A DNA stretch of 40,000 nucleotides from Paludibacterium sp. B53371. GTDB taxonomy: Bacteria > Pseudomonadota > Gammaproteobacteria > Burkholderiales > Chromobacteriaceae. The notes under the pieces were generated by a model. It was not told the DNA's origin and did not search any database. It was given only the letters and a program-made list of their open reading frames with translations. The translations under genes and the position numbers were made by a program. Of the stretch, positions 36,324-40,000 are shown piece after piece; the first letter of the stretch is position 1, and each line of letters begins with the position of its first letter. Where the stretch lies: the NCBI RefSeq assembly GCF_018802765.1, contig NZ_CP069163.1:1892311-1932310 (forward strand), given 5' to 3'.

Positions 36324-37013
36324 ATGGATCCGCGCATCGAACACTATTACCGACAGCACCAGCTGCAGCGCATGCTGGGCGAGATCCATCTGCCGGCGCT
36401 GCAGCTGCAAGCTTTCCAGGCTGGCGAGTGCCTGCTGGCGCAGGGCCAGCCGGTGCGGTATCTGCAGTTCTTTGTGGCGGGACGCGCCAAGGTGGTGCTG
36501 CCCATGGCCAATGGCCGCGAGCTGCTGCTGTGCTTCTACCAGCCTCTGCAATTATTTGGTGATATGGAAATTTTCGAGCCGGACCGGCCCGCCAGTTCGC
36601 GCATCGAAGCACTGGATGATTGTCTGTGCCTGAGTCTGAGCATGGACTACGTCAGACGAGCGCTGATTGGTGACAGCGTTTTTTTGCAATCGCTCAGCCG
36701 CTCTCTGGGACGCAAGCTGGGACGGGTGATCCAGAACAGCGCCCTCAATATGCTGCACCCGCTGGAGGATCGTCTGGCCAGCTACCTCCTGGCCACCGCC
36801 CGCCAGCAGGGTGAGGACTGGTGGTTCAGCGGCAATCTGAGCCAGATTGCCGACTGCCTGGGCGTCAGTTTCCGTCATCTGCACCGCAGCCTGCAGGCAT
36901 TCTGCAGCAAGGGCTGGCTGATCAAACAGGGACAACAATACCGCCTGCAGGATCGCGCCGAGCTGGCACGTCGTGCAGGCGGTATCTATGTCATACCAGG
37001 CAGCGTTTACTGA
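36324..37013 (+). CDS. Crp/Fnr-family transcriptional regulator (cNMP-binding-like domain plus C-terminal HTH)
   Basis: 229 aa. The beta-roll region is GECLLAQGQPVRYLQFFVAGRAKVVLPMANGRELLLCFYQPLQLFGDMEIF. The C-terminal HTH is NLSQIADCLGVSFRHLHRSLQAF. It has no FNR-type N-terminal Cys cluster. Confidence 0.85.
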   Translation: MDPRIEHYYRQHQLQRMLGEIHLPALQLQAFQAGECLLAQGQPVRYLQFFVAGRAKVVLPMANGRELLLCFYQPLQLFGDMEIFEPDRPASSRIEALDDCLCLSLSMDYVRRALIGDSVFLQSLSRSLGRKLGRVIQNSALNMLHPLEDRLASYLLATARQQGEDWWFSGNLSQIADCLGVSFRHLHRSLQAFCSKGWLIKQGQQYRLQDRAELARRAGGIYVIPGSVY

Positions 37014-37675
37014 TCGTCAAAACCGTAGGACAGACCGGGATCGGGGTCGGCGCTGCCGACTGCCGGCGGCACATCGCGAATATCCTGATAGAAGCGCACC
37101 AGGCTGGTGGACAGATACGGGATCACCCACAGCAGGCCGATGCCCAGCGTCAGCAGGCCCAGCAGGAACCAGCCGATGAAGCGGCAGCCCAGACAGAAGA
37201 ACTTCCACTTGTTGCCGATCATCATGATCTTGCTCTTGCGCAGCGCCTCGCGTGCACTCAGTTGCGGCTCATCGACCAGCAGATAGAACGTCATCGAGTA
37301 GGACAAGGCGGCGATGACGCCCGGGATGATCAGCAACAGCGCCCACAGCAGGATGAACAACACCATCAGCAAATAGGCGGCCAGACCGGTCAGGTAGCGC
37401 TCGAAGCCGCTGAACAGCTGACTGAAGCGCAGCTCGCCGCCACGCAGCAACTGCAGGTAAAACAAGGCAAACCCCAGCTCCAGCGGCCCCTTGATCAACA
37501 GGTCGACGAAGCTGTCAGAGTATGGCGGCAAGCCAAGGTAAACCAACAGGCTCAGGCCCAGTTCGATCCCCAGCAGGATGGCTGTCGCGCCGACCGCCAT
37601 TTTCCAGCGGCCGCTCAGGGCGGCCCGGGCCTCGGCCATGATGCGGGCATTGTCGGTCATGGAAATCTGGCTCAT
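37007..37675 (-). CDS. DUF975-family integral membrane protein
   Basis: In-frame ATG 37675 (MSQISMTDNARIMAEARAALSGRWKMAVGA...). Length is 222 aa. The pattern GPLELGFALFYLQLLRGGELRFSQLFSGF plus several TM segments is typical of DUF975. The N-terminal extension in the track overlaps hypE and is rejected. Confidence 0.75.
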   Translation of the reverse strand: MSQISMTDNARIMAEARAALSGRWKMAVGATAILLGIELGLSLLVYLGLPPYSDSFVDLLIKGPLELGFALFYLQLLRGGELRFSQLFSGFERYLTGLAAYLLMVLFILLWALLLIIPGVIAALSYSMTFYLLVDEPQLSAREALRKSKIMMIGNKWKFFCLGCRFIGWFLLGLLTLGIGLLWVIPYLSTSLVRFYQDIRDVPPAVGSADPDPGLSYGFDDQ

Positions 37676-37763
37676 TACTGGCTTCTCCGGATGGATGGAC
37701 GGAAAAGCATAGCAAATCTTTGCCCAACATTCATGACAGACAGCTAAAACCCGCGCCCCGTCC

Positions 37764-38804
37764 TCAGCAGATACGCGGCAGCTGCTCGCCGTTGATCCAG
37801 TCCACCATGCGCCGACCGCCAAAAGCGGTTTCCATCTGCACGAAATGATGATCATCGGCCAGCACCTCGCCGATGATCGCCGCCTCGCGCCCTTCCGGAC
37901 GCGCCCGCATGACACGCAGCAGACGCTCGGCATCTTCCGGCGGACAGATCGCCACCAGCTTGCCTTCATTGGCCACATACAGCGGGTCCAGCCCCAGCAG
38001 CTCGCAGGCGGCACTGACCTGCTCGCGCACCGGCAGGGCACGCTCGTGAATCAGCATGCCGACACCGGACTGGCTGGCAAACTCGTTGAGCACGGCGGCC
38101 AGGCCGCCGCGCGTCGGATCACGCAGCGCGCGCAGGCCCGGTACCGCCTCCAGCATGGCCGCAACCAGATGATGCAGGGCCGCGGTATCCGACTGAATGG
38201 TGGTGTCGAAACGCAAGCCCTCGCGCAGCGACATGATGGCCACACCATGGTCGCCGATCGGCCCGGAAACCAGGATCTTGTCTCCCGGGCGACAGCGATC
38301 CCCGGACAGCTCGATCCCCGGAGGCACCACACCGACACCGGTGGTGGTGATGAATACGCCATCGCCCTTGCCTTCCTCCACCACCTTGGTATCCCCGGTC
38401 ACCACCGGCACCCCGGCGGCCTGTGCCGCCGCGGCCATGGATTCGACGATGCGCACCAGGTCGGCCAGCGCAAAGCCCTCCTCCAGAATGAAACTGGCGG
38501 CGAGATACAGCGGCCGGGCGCCATTCATGGCCACATCGTTGACGGTGCCGTGTACGGACAGACAGCCGATGTCGCCGCCCGGAAAGAACAAGGGCGACAC
38601 CACATGGCTGTCGGTCGCCATCACCAGACGCCCGCCGTCAGCCGGCAGTGGCAGACAGGCACCATCGTTCTGTGCCGCCAGCCACGGGTTATCGAAATGG
38701 CGCAGGAAAATCTGCTGAATCAATTGCGCCATGGCGCGACCGCCACTGCCGTGGGTCAGATCGATGCGGCCATGTTTGAGATCCAGAGGTCGGGTATAGC
38801 TCAT
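37764..38804 (-). CDS. hypE: hydrogenase maturation carbamoyl dehydratase HypE
   Basis: In-frame ATG 38804 (MSYTRPLDLKHGRIDLTHGSGG...). It has the PurM-like fold blocks and the hallmark C-terminal PRIC. Its start overlaps the hypD stop (ATGA). Confidence 0.95.
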   Translation of the reverse strand: MSYTRPLDLKHGRIDLTHGSGGRAMAQLIQQIFLRHFDNPWLAAQNDGACLPLPADGGRLVMATDSHVVSPLFFPGGDIGCLSVHGTVNDVAMNGARPLYLAASFILEEGFALADLVRIVESMAAAAQAAGVPVVTGDTKVVEEGKGDGVFITTTGVGVVPPGIELSGDRCRPGDKILVSGPIGDHGVAIMSLREGLRFDTTIQSDTAALHHLVAAMLEAVPGLRALRDPTRGGLAAVLNEFASQSGVGMLIHERALPVREQVSAACELLGLDPLYVANEGKLVAICPPEDAERLLRVMRARPEGREAAIIGEVLADDHHFVQMETAFGGRRMVDWINGEQLPRIC

Positions 38805-39937
38805 GAGAGATCCGGCTGCGTGGCCGTGCGGAAACGGCCGTAAGTGTAATGGGCGGCACAGGCCCCCTCCGAGGACACCATGCAGGCCCCGATGGGGTGA
38901 TCCGGTGTGCAGACCGTACCGAAAACCTTGCAGTCCTGCGGTCGCTTCTGACCGCGCAGAATGGCGGCACATTCACAGGCCTTGTGATCCGGCACCTGAC
39001 GATCGCCGATACCGAAGCGCCGTTCGGCGTCGAAGGCGGCCAGCTCGTCGCGGATACGCAAGGCACTGGCCGGCACCTCACCCAGGCCGCGCCAGTCGAA
39101 GGCATCGCGCAGGGTGAAGACCTCGGCCACCATGCCCTGCGCCTTGAGATTGCCCTCGCGGCTCACCGCGCGGGTGAACTGGTTTTCAATCTGTGCCCGC
39201 CCCTCGTTGAGCTGTCGCACCAGCATCAGAATAGCCTGCATGACATCCAGCGGCTCGAACCCGGCAATCACGACCGGCTTGTGATAGCGCTCGGCAAAGG
39301 CCTGATAGGCGCCATAGCCGATCACGGTGCTGACATGCGCCGGGCCGACAAACCCGTCCAGCGCCACGGCATCCGGTTCGGTCTGTGCCTGCATGATATG
39401 CACCATGGCGGCCGGGGTCAGCACGTGGTTACAGAACACGCTGAAATTCTGCACACCGCGTGCGGCCGCCTTGCGAATCACCGCCGCGGTCGGTGGCGTG
39501 GTGGTTTCAAAGCCGATGGCGAAGAACACCACCTGACGATCCGGATGCTGCTCGGCCAGCGCCAGCGCGTCATCGCAGCTGTAGACCATGCGCACATCCG
39601 CCCCCCGGGCGCGGGCCTTGTACAGCGACATACCGCCCGAGGCAGGCACCCGCAGGGTATCGGCATAGGTACACAGGATCACCTGGTGCTGCACTGCCAG
39701 CTCGATGGCGCTGTCGATGCGCCCGATCGGCAACACACACACCGGACAGCCCGGGCCATGGATCATGCGGACCTGCGGCGGCAGCAGGTCCTGCAGACCG
39801 TAGCGCGAAATGGCATGGGTATGGCCGCCGCAGAACTCCATCAGCCGGTAACTGCGCCCCGGCCGCACTTCGGCCGCGATCGTGCGGGCCAGGCGTTGCG
39901 CCAGCTCACCATCGCGAAATTCGTCGATATATTTCAT
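38801..39937 (-). CDS. hypD: hydrogenase maturation Fe-S protein HypD
   Basis: In-frame ATG 39937. MKYIDEFRDGELAQ..., MEFCGGHTH, GPGCPVCV, and the C-terminal CxxHxxxxxPIGACMVSSEGACAA motifs. Confidence 0.95.
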   Translation of the reverse strand: MKYIDEFRDGELAQRLARTIAAEVRPGRSYRLMEFCGGHTHAISRYGLQDLLPPQVRMIHGPGCPVCVLPIGRIDSAIELAVQHQVILCTYADTLRVPASGGMSLYKARARGADVRMVYSCDDALALAEQHPDRQVVFFAIGFETTTPPTAAVIRKAAARGVQNFSVFCNHVLTPAAMVHIMQAQTEPDAVALDGFVGPAHVSTVIGYGAYQAFAERYHKPVVIAGFEPLDVMQAILMLVRQLNEGRAQIENQFTRAVSREGNLKAQGMVAEVFTLRDAFDWRGLGEVPASALRIRDELAAFDAERRFGIGDRQVPDHKACECAAILRGQKRPQDCKVFGTVCTPDHPIGACMVSSEGACAAHYTYGRFRTATQPDLS

Positions 39938-39944
39938 GGCAGAC

Positions 39945-40000
39945 TCAGCGATAGGCAGCAGGGTTGGCCGGATCGGCATCCTGCCCCATGGAGGCCAGCA
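39945..40000 (-). CDS. hypC: probable hypC 3' end (last 18 codons only)
   Basis: The reverse complement reads ...LASMGQDADPANPAAYR then TGA (39947..39945), 7 nt before the hypD ATG. The assignment rests on the conserved hypC-hypD order, not on recognisable motifs. Confidence 0.45.
   Translation of the reverse strand, partial: LASMGQDADPANPAAYR

Noticed and set aside
1-40000. Looked for CRISPR arrays, tRNA/rRNA genes, IS elements, integrases, phage genes and known defence-system signatures.
   Set aside because: I found no regularly spaced repeats, no cloverleaf-capable conserved tRNA boxes in the short intergenic regions, and no transposase-, integrase- or nuclease-like ORFs. The only patatin domain belongs to a PlpD-type autotransporter, not a CBASS-type effector.

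Overview
GC-rich proteobacterial chromosomal window, almost entirely coding: about 45 supportable CDS. I found no rRNA, tRNA, CRISPR array, transposase or integrase. The centrepiece is a complete hydrogenase-4 (Hyf)-type formate hydrogenlyase operon on the minus strand, hyfABCDEFGHIJ-hycI (27231 down to 16020). Its sigma54 activator hyfR follows at 15908..14262. Upstream of hyfA sit a near-consensus -24/-12 promoter and repeated TCGACA motifs. The maturation genes hypC(partial)-hypD-hypE lie at the right edge (37764..40000). About 10 kb of unrelated accessory-looking genes separate hyp from hyf: a Blc lipocalin, two orphan proteins, a LuxR-type regulator, a MocR-controlled decarboxylase/LysE/methyltransferase/GNAT cluster, a split DUF606 transporter with a Crp-like regulator, and a DUF975 protein. 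The left half carries a truncated SoxR-like gene, a small secreted Cys peptide, and a TetR regulator divergent from a translationally coupled five-gene lipid-modification cluster (FAD oxidoreductase, DUF1365, CFA-synthase-like, DUF3833 lipoprotein, SDR) that resembles the furan-fatty-acid operon architecture. It also carries a Cof phosphatase, a ToxR-like bitopic regulator with a small membrane partner, an Hpt/HD-GYP protein, MarR, a CspA-family gene, an isolated trpC, and a PlpD-like patatin autotransporter directly behind hyfR. I see no clear-cut new system. The best candidates for a second look are the MocR-linked amine-modification cluster, the TetR-linked lipid cluster, the ToxR/partner pair and the two orphan proteins beside the LuxR regulator. 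All homology statements come from reading the translated ORFs from memory of family motifs; no searches were run.
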